A DNA stretch of 64,000 nt from a virus (Duplodnaviria; Caudoviricetes), in IMG/VR virus record IMGVR_UViG_2513237329_000013, positions 32,001 to 96,000 of that record; one strand, written 5' to 3'. How positions within the stretch are numbered: the first letter of the stretch is position 1; the number at the start of each line of letters is the position of its first letter. The notes beneath the pieces are model-generated. The model had not been told where the DNA came from and searched no databases. It worked only from the letters and a program-made list of their open reading frames with translations. This document shows, one piece after another, positions 11,039 through 18,003 of this stretch. The position numbers and the translations under genes are program-made.

Positions 11039-11115
11039 TGGCGACGTATACGGGACTTGAACCCGTGACCTCCGGCGTGACAGGCCGGTGTTCTACTCTT
11101 CTGAACTAATACGCC
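11039..11115 (-). tRNA. tRNA-Asp(GUC)
   Basis: Loop CTGTCAC, CCA. Confidence 0.95.
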
Positions 11116-11117
11116 AT

Positions 11118-11360
11118 TTATTTATCCCAATCTACAAGAGGGTATAAGTCATATGGACTATCGGCAGTTGCGATCTTCTCAAAACCACCATCAACAATGC
11201 ACCATAATGTGTGCTTGTGTTTTTCTGGATTCTGAGAAATGCAATATTCCTTTCCAGATCTGGTCTTGCATAAAACGCCAGTTCCACAATCTGATGCTGG
11301 AATTTTCTTTACAACCTTTCGTTCTTTATCAACTGATAATAAACTTGCTTTTCGCGGCAT
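11118..11360 (-). CDS. Hypothetical protein
   Basis: 80 aa, RBS GAGGTG, fills a tRNA spacer. Confidence 0.7.
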   Translation of the reverse strand: MPRKASLLSVDKERKVVKKIPASDCGTGVLCKTRSGKEYCISQNPEKHKHTLWCIVDGGFEKIATADSPYDLYPLVDWDK

Positions 11361-11380
11361 AGTTTACACCTCTTTCGTGC

Positions 11381-11457
11381 TGGTGATGCGTAAGGGATTT
11401 GAACCCTTAAATTCCGCCGTGAAAGGGCGGTGACTCTACCAATTCGTCCAACGCACC
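11381..11457 (-). tRNA. tRNA-Glu(UUC)
   Basis: Loop CTTTCAC, CCA. Confidence 0.95.
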
Positions 11458-11470
11458 ATAATATAAACTG

Positions 11471-11716
11471 TCATACTCTGACATATCCAGGTTTCATTCT
11501 ACCAGTACAGACATCATGAACCTTACCTATATGATATTTCGCACCGCTTTTATCAACGGCGACACAAAACACGGCTTTCCGATCATTTGGAAACTTCACA
11601 GAATATGACCCATCCGTTTCAAGATATATCGGAATTGGAAAATAATCAGATATTGCACGAGCTTTCTGACGAGCCTCTTTTAATGAAGCGAGTCCCTTCA
11701 TTTTCTTTCTCTTCAT
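11471..11716 (-). CDS. Hypothetical protein
   Basis: 81 aa, RBS AAGGA, fills a tRNA spacer. Confidence 0.6.
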   Translation of the reverse strand: MKRKKMKGLASLKEARQKARAISDYFPIPIYLETDGSYSVKFPNDRKAVFCVAVDKSGAKYHIGKVHDVCTGRMKPGYVRV

Positions 11717-11732
11717 AGATTCTCATTCCTTA

Positions 11733-11807
11733 TGGCTGGGGTAGTTGGACTCGAACCAACGATACGGGAGTCAAAGTCCCGTGCCTTAACCACTTGGCTA
11801 TACCCCA
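11733..11807 (-). tRNA. tRNA-Gln(UUG)
   Basis: Loop CTTTGAC, CCA. Confidence 0.95.
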
Positions 11808-11816
11808 ATATTGATT

Positions 11817-11893
11817 TGGTACGCCAGACAGGACTTGAACCCATGACCTAAAGATTAGAAATCTTTTGCTCTATCCGATTGAGCTACTGGCGC
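11817..11893 (-). tRNA. tRNA-Arg(UCU)
   Basis: Loop TTTCTAA, CCA. Confidence 0.95.
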
Positions 11894-11896
11894 ATA

Positions 11897-11983
11897 TGGT
11901 GCTGGCGGTGGGACTTGAACCCACACGGTATCTCTACCAACGGATTTTGAGTCCGTCGCGTCTGCCGATTCCACCACGCCAGC
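11897..11983 (-). tRNA. tRNA-Leu(CAA)
   Basis: Loop CTCAAAA, variable arm, CCA. Confidence 0.95.
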
Positions 11984-11996
11984 ATATTTTAATTGC

Positions 11997-12061
11997 AGAG
12001 CGCCTTGTTTGGCTGATCAGTTAAAAGTTGATTCCATAAATAAGGTTGCTGTATGCGCTCT
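11997..12061 (-). ncRNA. RCAGC-motif small RNA, copy B (Lys-UUU anticodon mimic)
   Basis: AGAGCGC-AT-ACAGCAAC...ATCAA-CTTTTAA-CTGAT...GCGCTCT. Confidence 0.75.
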
Positions 12062-12064
12062 TCG

Positions 12065-12147
12065 TGGTACGGGTAACAGGAATCGAACCTGCACGGTTGC
12101 CCACCAGATCCTAAATCTGGCGCGTCTGCCAGTTCCGCCATACCCGC
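12065..12147 (-). tRNA. tRNA-Leu(UAG)
   Basis: Loop TTTAGGA, variable arm, CCA. Confidence 0.95.
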
Positions 12148-12156
12148 ATATTTCCC

Positions 12157-12310
12157 ATCGCAATTATATAGCCGTCGCCATACAACAAGAGATGCGACCA
12201 TCTCATACGACAGGTTATATTCCACTTGGTTCTACATTCACTGACGGGCTGTGGACTACCGTGAGATTACCAACTCTCAAAAGGTTCGACGATTATTGAA
12301 TGCCTGCGAT
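12157..12310 (-). ncRNA. Putative ~150-nt structured RNA
   Basis: Closing helix ATCGCA/TGCGAT, internal hairpins; shares ordered motifs with 50292-50442. Confidence 0.45.
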
Positions 12311-12364
12311 CATAGCATTTCTCCAAACCAATTTGTCAAGTAGAGATGTCACAAATGTTCGGAG

Positions 12365-12441
12365 TGGAGTGGATAGCGGGATTTGAACCCGCACAGTCTG
12401 CTTGGAAGGCAGAAATGCTTGCCGTTAAACATCATACCCAC
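12365..12441 (-). tRNA. tRNA-Gly(UCC)
   Basis: Loop CTTCCAA, U73, CCA. Confidence 0.95.
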
Positions 12442-12492
12442 ACAAAGAAGACAATCATTTTTTAGAGTCTTAGTTGTCTTAATAATGACTCG

Positions 12493-12569
12493 TGGTGTCC
12501 CGTGACGGAATCGAACCGCCGACCTCCTGCTTGTAAGGCAGATGCTCTAACCTGCTGAGCTAACCGGAC
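12493..12569 (-). tRNA. tRNA-Val(UAC)
   Basis: Loop CTTACAA, CCA. Confidence 0.93.
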
Positions 12570-12729
12570 AAATAGGCCAATTCAAGGCATTGGCCTTGCC
12601 TCCAACTCTATGCTGTTGGGTCGCAGCAAGGTTTTACTCTAAAATCTTGCAAAAAGTCATCACTGCCAGACATGACGGTTTCATTCCCACTACGGTTTAT
12701 AGAGTAACCACCTCTTATGTGGACGGGCA

Positions 12730-12804
12730 TGGGGGCGGAGGTTGGATTTGAACCAACGACCACCAGCTTATGAGGCTGGTAAGCTACCACTGCTACACTC
12801 CGCT
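12730..12804 (-). tRNA. tRNA-Met(CAU), initiator-like
   Basis: Loop CTCATAA, A1-C72 mismatch, fMet-like D arm. Confidence 0.88.
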
Positions 12805-12869
12805 AAGTAAAATTGGCGCTGTCATCCATTCAGACAGTCATTAAGTCGCAGTACGTTGTGACACCAATA

Positions 12870-12944
12870 TGGCTGGAACGATAGGACTCGAACCTACAAC
12901 CCTCCGATTAACAGTCGGATGCTCTACCATTGAGCTACGAACCA
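12870..12944 (-). tRNA. tRNA-Asn(GUU)
   Basis: Loop CTGTTAA, CCA; two U-U mismatches in the acceptor stem. Confidence 0.9.
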
Positions 12945-12955
12945 ATATTCTCACC

Positions 12956-13038
12956 GAGACGCAACATCATTTACACCCAATAGATAAAATCAAACTCATC
13001 TTTTATGTATAGAAATTTGAAGTTGCTGTAAGCGTCTC
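12956..13038 (-). ncRNA. RCAGC-motif small RNA, copy C
   Basis: GAGACGC-TT-ACAGCAAC...GCGTCTC. Confidence 0.7.
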
Positions 13039-13048
13039 TAACAACTGC

Positions 13049-13110
13049 AAGGCACTTATGTACTTTCTATTATCCGCAAGAAAATCCTCCAAAGTTGCTG
13101 CGTGTGCCTT
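13049..13110 (-). ncRNA. RCAGC-motif small RNA, copy D
   Basis: AAGGCAC-AC-GCAGCAAC...GTGCCTT. Confidence 0.7.
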
Positions 13111-13113
13111 TTA

Positions 13114-13189
13114 TGGTCTGAGTAGCTGGTCTCGAACCAGCGACCTCGTGATCCCAAATCACGCGCTCTACCTACTGAGCTATACCCAG
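13114..13189 (-). tRNA. tRNA-Pro(UGG)
   Basis: Loop TTTGGGA, CCA. Confidence 0.95.
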
Positions 13190-13199
13190 ATTTGCTTTT

Positions 13200-13251
13200 G
13201 AGAGAATCAGTAAAAGCAGCATCGCCACGAGCAGGCTTCTCTCCTGATGCC
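13200..13251 (-). ncRNA. Minimal HDV-like (theta-type) self-cleaving ribozyme
   Basis: P1 GGCATC/GATGCT (G1-U wobble), P2 GAGAGAA/TTCTCTC, P3 GCC/GGC, L3 TGCTCGT, J4/2 CTGA; abuts the tmRNA 3' end. Confidence 0.8.
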
Positions 13252-13252
13252 G

Positions 13253-13667
13253 TGGAGCAGAGGGGAATCGAACCCCTGTCCGAAATTCCTACATGAACAA
13301 AACATTCTTACGCAATAGATAACAATTTGCATTTTGTCCTAAGACGAGCTGCGTGGTGCTATCAACCAGCTCAGAGCCGCACCAGTTTTGCGACCTCCAC
13401 CACCTTATTTCTTTTCACAGTGATAAGGAAAACTGCAATGTCAGTCTGATTCTTTATTACCGCAGATGCTTACCCAGACTAAAAGTGCATCGTTTAAGCA
13501 TTCATCAACTGCAATTAAGCAGCAATACCCTCCATAACAGCATACAGAGCGGGATGAATCATAACCACAATAGAATCGTTGTCATTTCATTTTTGTTTGA
13601 GCCTTAGGCGGTCTCCATACCTGCGTATTTCGTCCTATCAAAACCCCGTCGAACCCATTACTGCCCC
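13253..13667 (-). ncRNA. ssrA: tmRNA
   Basis: 5' GGGGCAGTAATGGGTTCGAC, 3' T-arm GGTTCGATTCC, acceptor with G3-U70, tag ORF ending IAA-stop; CCA not encoded. Confidence 0.95.
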
Positions 13668-13680
13668 ATATTTAATTTTA

Positions 13681-13756
13681 TGGTCGGAGTAGAAAGAGTC
13701 GAACTTTCGACCTCACGATTATCAGTCGTGCGCTCTACCTACTGAGCTATACTCCG
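13681..13756 (-). tRNA. tRNA-Ile(GAU)
   Basis: Loop CTGATAA, CCA. Confidence 0.95.
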
Positions 13757-13871
13757 AAATAGACCATGCGTCCGTAGAACCTCGTCTGCAGCAGATAGGT
13801 TTTTAGCTGGAATAGCAGTCAAGTAATGAACTGAACCGCACAAACGCCAACATAACCAACATGGCACGATT

Positions 13872-13947
13872 TGGTGGAAACAATGAGAATCGAACTCACG
13901 ACCTCCTGCTTGCAAGGCAGGCGCTCTCCCAACTGAGCTATGTCCCC
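13872..13947 (-). tRNA. tRNA-Ala(UGC)
   Basis: Loop CTTGCAA, G3-U70, CCA. Confidence 0.95.
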
Positions 13948-13991
13948 ATGTAACCGTCCTCTTTCGAGGACGGATTTTATTTGATTTGAGA

Positions 13992-14807
13992 TTAGGAGCT
14001 AAAAGCGGGGGCGAGGCCAAAAGAACCCCTGGCGTCGCCGGTGCCCGCGTTGCCGTTCGCGGACACACCGCAGAAGGTGCCGCTGGCGTCGTAGCACGGA
14101 GAACGCAACAGGTTACAACGACGATTTCCGTCATCATCTTCCTTATAGTAAGGAACATCCTCTTGCTTATAATATTCGTACCAATGCCCCTCGCCAGGCA
14201 TCGAATAGAAACAACGACCATACAGCTCTTTCTCGCTCTTGAGCCAAATCTTACAAACGCTCTTGATAATTTCCTTACTGCAATCGCCAGCGCTTGTAAG
14301 TTTAACAACCGGCTTAATAATTGCCTGCAACTCATCAGAGCAAAGAGAGAAGAACTCCGTATCCAGCCTACGTCTTACAACAGAAGCTTCATATCCGCCG
14401 CAATTCGTACTTTCGTCGTTCCACGACCAGTCCTCGTTGTAAACTCTGACCATATCCCAAGAGAGAGGTGCTTTTCCAGTCCCATCAGCAAGATCATCAT
14501 GGTTAAATCCGATAATCTGCCACACAGCAACAAATCCGTTCTTCATGTGGTCTTTCTTTTGTGCGCCAAGCGCAAATACTTCACGCGCCTTACCAGACAA
14601 TCCGATCTGATCAATTTCACCCCAAGAAAGATGGTTCAAATCCTTCAAAGGCATTGCAAGCGGCGCTTTACAAACAGTGTCAACAATATGTTCACTCGCC
14701 AAGCTATCATCGAAACTGAGAGTCACAGCATCGCCATCACAGACGATATTCATTGCCGAAAATTTGCTAAGATCCTTTGTTGCAATTTTGAACTGCATGA
14801 AACACAC
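13992..14807 (-). CDS. DUF6273-like C-type-lectin-fold protein, putative DGR target
   Basis: IIGFNHD...N.GGY..S...LRSP...FC.V..NG....A...FG.APAF pattern; NNC-rich 3' variable-region-like segment. Confidence 0.75.
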   Translation of the reverse strand: MCFMQFKIATKDLSKFSAMNIVCDGDAVTLSFDDSLASEHIVDTVCKAPLAMPLKDLNHLSWGEIDQIGLSGKAREVFALGAQKKDHMKNGFVAVWQIIGFNHDDLADGTGKAPLSWDMVRVYNEDWSWNDESTNCGGYEASVVRRRLDTEFFSLCSDELQAIIKPVVKLTSAGDCSKEIIKSVCKIWLKSEKELYGRCFYSMPGEGHWYEYYKQEDVPYYKEDDDGNRRCNLLRSPCYDASGTFCGVSANGNAGTGDARGSFGLAPAFSS

Positions 14808-14841
14808 CCCTATAAAAATTATTTTGCTAATTCCTTAGAAA

Positions 14842-15472
14842 GAAAATTCAATACTTGAATCATACCTATCATTGAGCCTTCGCTCTACCTCCATTACCTT
14901 CTCACAATGTTCAGCCACCAGGGAGATAAGTCTGAGCTTCAAGGAGCGACCTTTAACTTCTTACCCCAGCCTTACACAGCGAACTGTATTAGGCCAATTC
15001 CTGCGCGGGATTGTTTACCCGCAAATTTCACCGTTCGTTCAGAAAATTTGATAGTTTCATACAATTTCTTTTTCATCATATCGTATTAAAGATCAAACAC
15101 CAAAACTGTCCTACGGCTACTTTAACCGACGACTTTCGTTATAGTCGAGTTTCTTCGACATCAAGACAGGAGCGCATTGTTGGCATTTCCTCTGGTTGTA
15201 CTGGTTGCCACGCCAGTATCCTTGAGGATTATTCTCCACAGGAGCGTCTATTGCTGCGCCCGAAAGTTCCGTGCTTTTTGTAGCGATAACTCTTGGCAAC
15301 ACACATTTTCGTTGGCAGTTTCCGCCTCCCAGCAATACATCACTGCATCACTGCCGTCTGGACAATAAAAGGTATCCCTCGTAAATCCAGCGGGAACTAT
15401 TGTGCGTCTCGGAGTGCTGACACACTTTATTCACCGAGTTAATCATAAGCATGATTCAAATATTGAATTTTC
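14842..15472 (-). ncRNA. Large ornate ncRNA, probably ROOL family
   Basis: ~630 nt with no convincing ORF; 28-bp terminal helix needing G-U pairs on the minus strand; phage tRNA-array context. Confidence 0.7.
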
Positions 15473-15480
15473 AAAGATCA

Positions 15481-15556
15481 TGGAGCTGGCGACAGGACTT
15501 GAACCCGCAACCTGATGATTACAAATCACCTGCGCTACCAATTGTGCCACGCCAGC
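15481..15556 (-). tRNA. tRNA-Thr(UGU)
   Basis: Loop TTTGTAA, CCA. Confidence 0.95.
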
Positions 15557-15589
15557 ATATTGTTTAACTATGTCCTCTTGACATTATTG

Positions 15590-15618
15590 AGTATAACATA
15601 TAAGCACACGGTTGTCAA
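15590..15618 (-). promoter_or_regulatory. SigmaA-type promoter of the tRNA island
   Basis: TTGACA-17 nt-TATACT. Confidence 0.75.
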
Positions 15619-15648
15619 TAGGAATTAGCAAAATAATTTTAGATTTTT

Positions 15649-15724
15649 TGGTGGCTGAGGCTGGACTTGAACCAGCGTCTCCGCTTTATGGGAGCGGCAA
15701 GAAAACCAGCTTCTCCACTCAGCC
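15649..15724 (-). tRNA. tRNA-Met/Ile2(CAU)
   Basis: Cloverleaf, loop CCCATAA (atypical C33), CCA. Confidence 0.85.
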
Positions 15725-15756
15725 AAATAGGGAGGGGCAAAAGCCCCATCCCATAG

Positions 15757-16041
15757 TCATTCTCGAATACTTCTTAAAAGTTCTGCTCCGGACTTAAACA
15801 CGACATTCTGGAACTCCGGAACAACGATGCTCTCTTTCGTCACTGGATGAAGAGCTGGATGCGACTTATACTTTTTCACATCAAATGTTCCAAACCCATA
15901 AATCGAAACTCGATCTCCGTTTCTAAGAGCATTCGCAATTTCATCAAAGATATCGTCAACGATATCCTTGACCATATACTTCTTATACGCCTTATTCTTC
16001 TGAGCAAGCGTATTTACCAAATCTGCTTTATTGATATTCAT
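15757..16041 (-). CDS. hup: HU family DNA-binding protein
   Basis: NKADLV...GDRVSIYGFGTF...HPVTKE.I.VP...V.FK.G..L. Confidence 0.92.
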   Translation of the reverse strand: MNINKADLVNTLAQKNKAYKKYMVKDIVDDIFDEIANALRNGDRVSIYGFGTFDVKKYKSHPALHPVTKESIVVPEFQNVVFKSGAELLRSIRE

Positions 16042-17276
16042 GCTGATGTATCGCTCCTTTGCGGGCGATAACGAGTCGTATCAAAGTCAATATCGTAAAA
16101 TGCTTTGACACCATTATAATCACAGACGCAAACCAACTGTTGCTGCGCTCCATAAATGCGCTTTCCAACACAGTAGTCATCCATACCGAGAAAGCTGCCA
16201 GCCATAATCGTTTTCACGCCTTGAACACTATCGGTCTTATTGTGATGCAAATGACCTGAAAGAATGGCGTACACAGGTTCTTTTGCCATTGTCTGAAGCG
16301 ATTGAACTTTTCCAGCAGATCCATCATAATCGCCATGTACACCAAGATAAGTCTTGCCGCGAATATCAAGCAAATACATCGTATCGTCGATCTTTCTGTA
16401 ATGATCAAACGACACATTCTCAAAAGATTGTAGACGAGCTTTCAAATACCACTCAACTAAATCGTCAAGACGCTCATGAATCGAGGCAACATCTTTCTCT
16501 TCAAGCCGAGAATGATTCCCAGCAACAGAAGAAAAGTAAACATTCTTAAAGTACCGGCTTAATGTAGACAAAAACTCCGCAAGAAGTTCAGACACTCCAA
16601 CGACCTGTTGAATAACATTTTCTCTGTTCGACACGGCAATAGACTTATGAATATTTCCGCTAATCAAGTCTCCATTTGCCCATACATAACAACTTTCCGA
16701 TCCATGCAAGGCGGAGATTTCAAGGATGCGATCCAGATATTCATTAAGAAGTTGCACACAAACATCGGAATTATAGTAGTTCCAATAGTTGTCCACACAC
16801 GCTCCAAAATGCAAATCGTTTAAGCTTACAAGCAAATCGCTCCCGCTCGACTCCATTACACATGGAACATAGTCAAGCCGAGGAATTACACCAGAAGTAA
16901 TTGCCCTCTCAAAAATATCAGAGTTTTCATCCTTGCGAGCCAGGTCACGCACAACTTTATTAAGAGCATTTCTCTGGTCGAAAAACCGCTGGCGTTCTTT
17001 CTTGAATTCAAGCATCTTCTGCTCAATCTCGTCAAGATATGCACTTCCGAGATCTTGCGTAGCTTTCTGCTTGAAGTATTTCATCACATGATAGCCAGAA
17101 TACGGCGTTACATTCGCCGCTTTACGAAGGCTGTCGTAATGAACATCAAGACCAAGCAGGTCAACGATATCCGACCACTCTAAGTCAGAAGGGTTCTGCT
17201 CAACCTTTATTTCAATCAGTCGTAGGCCATACTCATAACTATCTTCGTTTTCAAGCTGTTTATATTTTGGATTCAA
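16038..17276 (-). CDS. Metallophosphoesterase (YonJ-like)
   Basis: DLHFG, GDLI, GNH, HGD, GHLH motifs. Confidence 0.88.
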   Translation of the reverse strand: MNPKYKQLENEDSYEYGLRLIEIKVEQNPSDLEWSDIVDLLGLDVHYDSLRKAANVTPYSGYHVMKYFKQKATQDLGSAYLDEIEQKMLEFKKERQRFFDQRNALNKVVRDLARKDENSDIFERAITSGVIPRLDYVPCVMESSGSDLLVSLNDLHFGACVDNYWNYYNSDVCVQLLNEYLDRILEISALHGSESCYVWANGDLISGNIHKSIAVSNRENVIQQVVGVSELLAEFLSTLSRYFKNVYFSSVAGNHSRLEEKDVASIHERLDDLVEWYLKARLQSFENVSFDHYRKIDDTMYLLDIRGKTYLGVHGDYDGSAGKVQSLQTMAKEPVYAILSGHLHHNKTDSVQGVKTIMAGSFLGMDDYCVGKRIYGAQQQLVCVCDYNGVKAFYDIDFDTTRYRPQRSDTSA

Positions 17277-17476
17277 TATTCATTCCTCCCATCATTGGGC
17301 GGCAACTGAATACTGCGGCGAATTGTCAGAGTAACGCCAACAACGCCGTCCCAGCGTTTTAACAGCTCTAAAAGGCTGTATGTTCTTACGGAATCAGTAT
17401 CATATTCTGTGATTGTCATATCACTGGTGTCAATTATGGCATTTTCAAAGCTTTCGCTTTTAACCACCATTGACAT
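17273..17476 (-). CDS. YonK-like protein
   Basis: 67 aa; TITEY...TYSLLELLKRWDG...LTI....LP pattern and SPbeta synteny. Confidence 0.7.
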   Translation of the reverse strand: MSMVVKSESFENAIIDTSDMTITEYDTDSVRTYSLLELLKRWDGVVGVTLTIRRSIQLPPNDGRNEY

Positions 17477-17711
17477 TATGCTTTCCTCGCTGCTGAATGA
17501 TTCGTTTGCGACGAATCTCACGCTCTCGATCAATCCGTGCAACAATTTCGGCGGCGAGATGGTTCGTACTCGCAATCGCCCTCATGTTTCCTTCACTCTC
17601 TGTTGCGTAGTAATGATGCCGCTTTGAATCCTGCATCATTGTTCGCGTCACCTTGTACTCAGGATACAATTCTCTGAGAATACGAGATTCTTCCTTAGTT
17701 ACTGGAATCAT
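17460..17711 (-). CDS. Hypothetical protein
   Basis: 83 aa, RBS AAAGGA, coupled to the next gene. Confidence 0.7.
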   Translation of the reverse strand: MIPVTKEESRILRELYPEYKVTRTMMQDSKRHHYYATESEGNMRAIASTNHLAAEIVARIDREREIRRKRIIQQRGKHNVNGG

Positions 17712-17841
17712 ATAAAGTCTTCATTCCTTTTCAAAAAAGATGTCTGGGCTGCGGGTATCGCACCGCAGCCATAGACAGGAGAATCCCGAATAGTTTAGTA
17801 AATACGGTTTTCTTCCCTTAAAGGTCTTTTTCTTTTTGGTT

Positions 17842-17940
17842 GCAAACATTCCGTTGAACAACGGGTGTTTCGTCATATTTACCAAGCGTTATTTGACAAA
17901 TTGGATAGGCAAACATTCCGTTGAACAACGGGTGTTTCGT
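17842..17940. repeat. Two 32-bp direct repeats, each containing the palindrome CGTTG-AA-CAACG
   Basis: GCAAACATTCCGTTGAACAACGGGTGTTTCGT at 17842 and 17909. Confidence 0.9.
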
Positions 17941-18003
17941 AATATCAGACTTCAAAATAAAACATGGGGACATTTTGTGCTATTTAGCTAATTCCTAACA
18001 ACA

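Noticed and set aside
12448-12480. AAGACAA/TTGTCTT hairpin as a thirteenth motif copy
   Set aside because: The helix is similar but it lacks CRC-NN-RCAGC.
12812-12867. Hammerhead ribozyme
   Set aside because: It has CTTAATGA between helices but no GAAA or NUH core.
9870-15368. Short ORF-track calls overlapping tRNAs, tmRNA and the large ncRNA
   Set aside because: They are shadows of RNA genes with no RBS or protein-like features.
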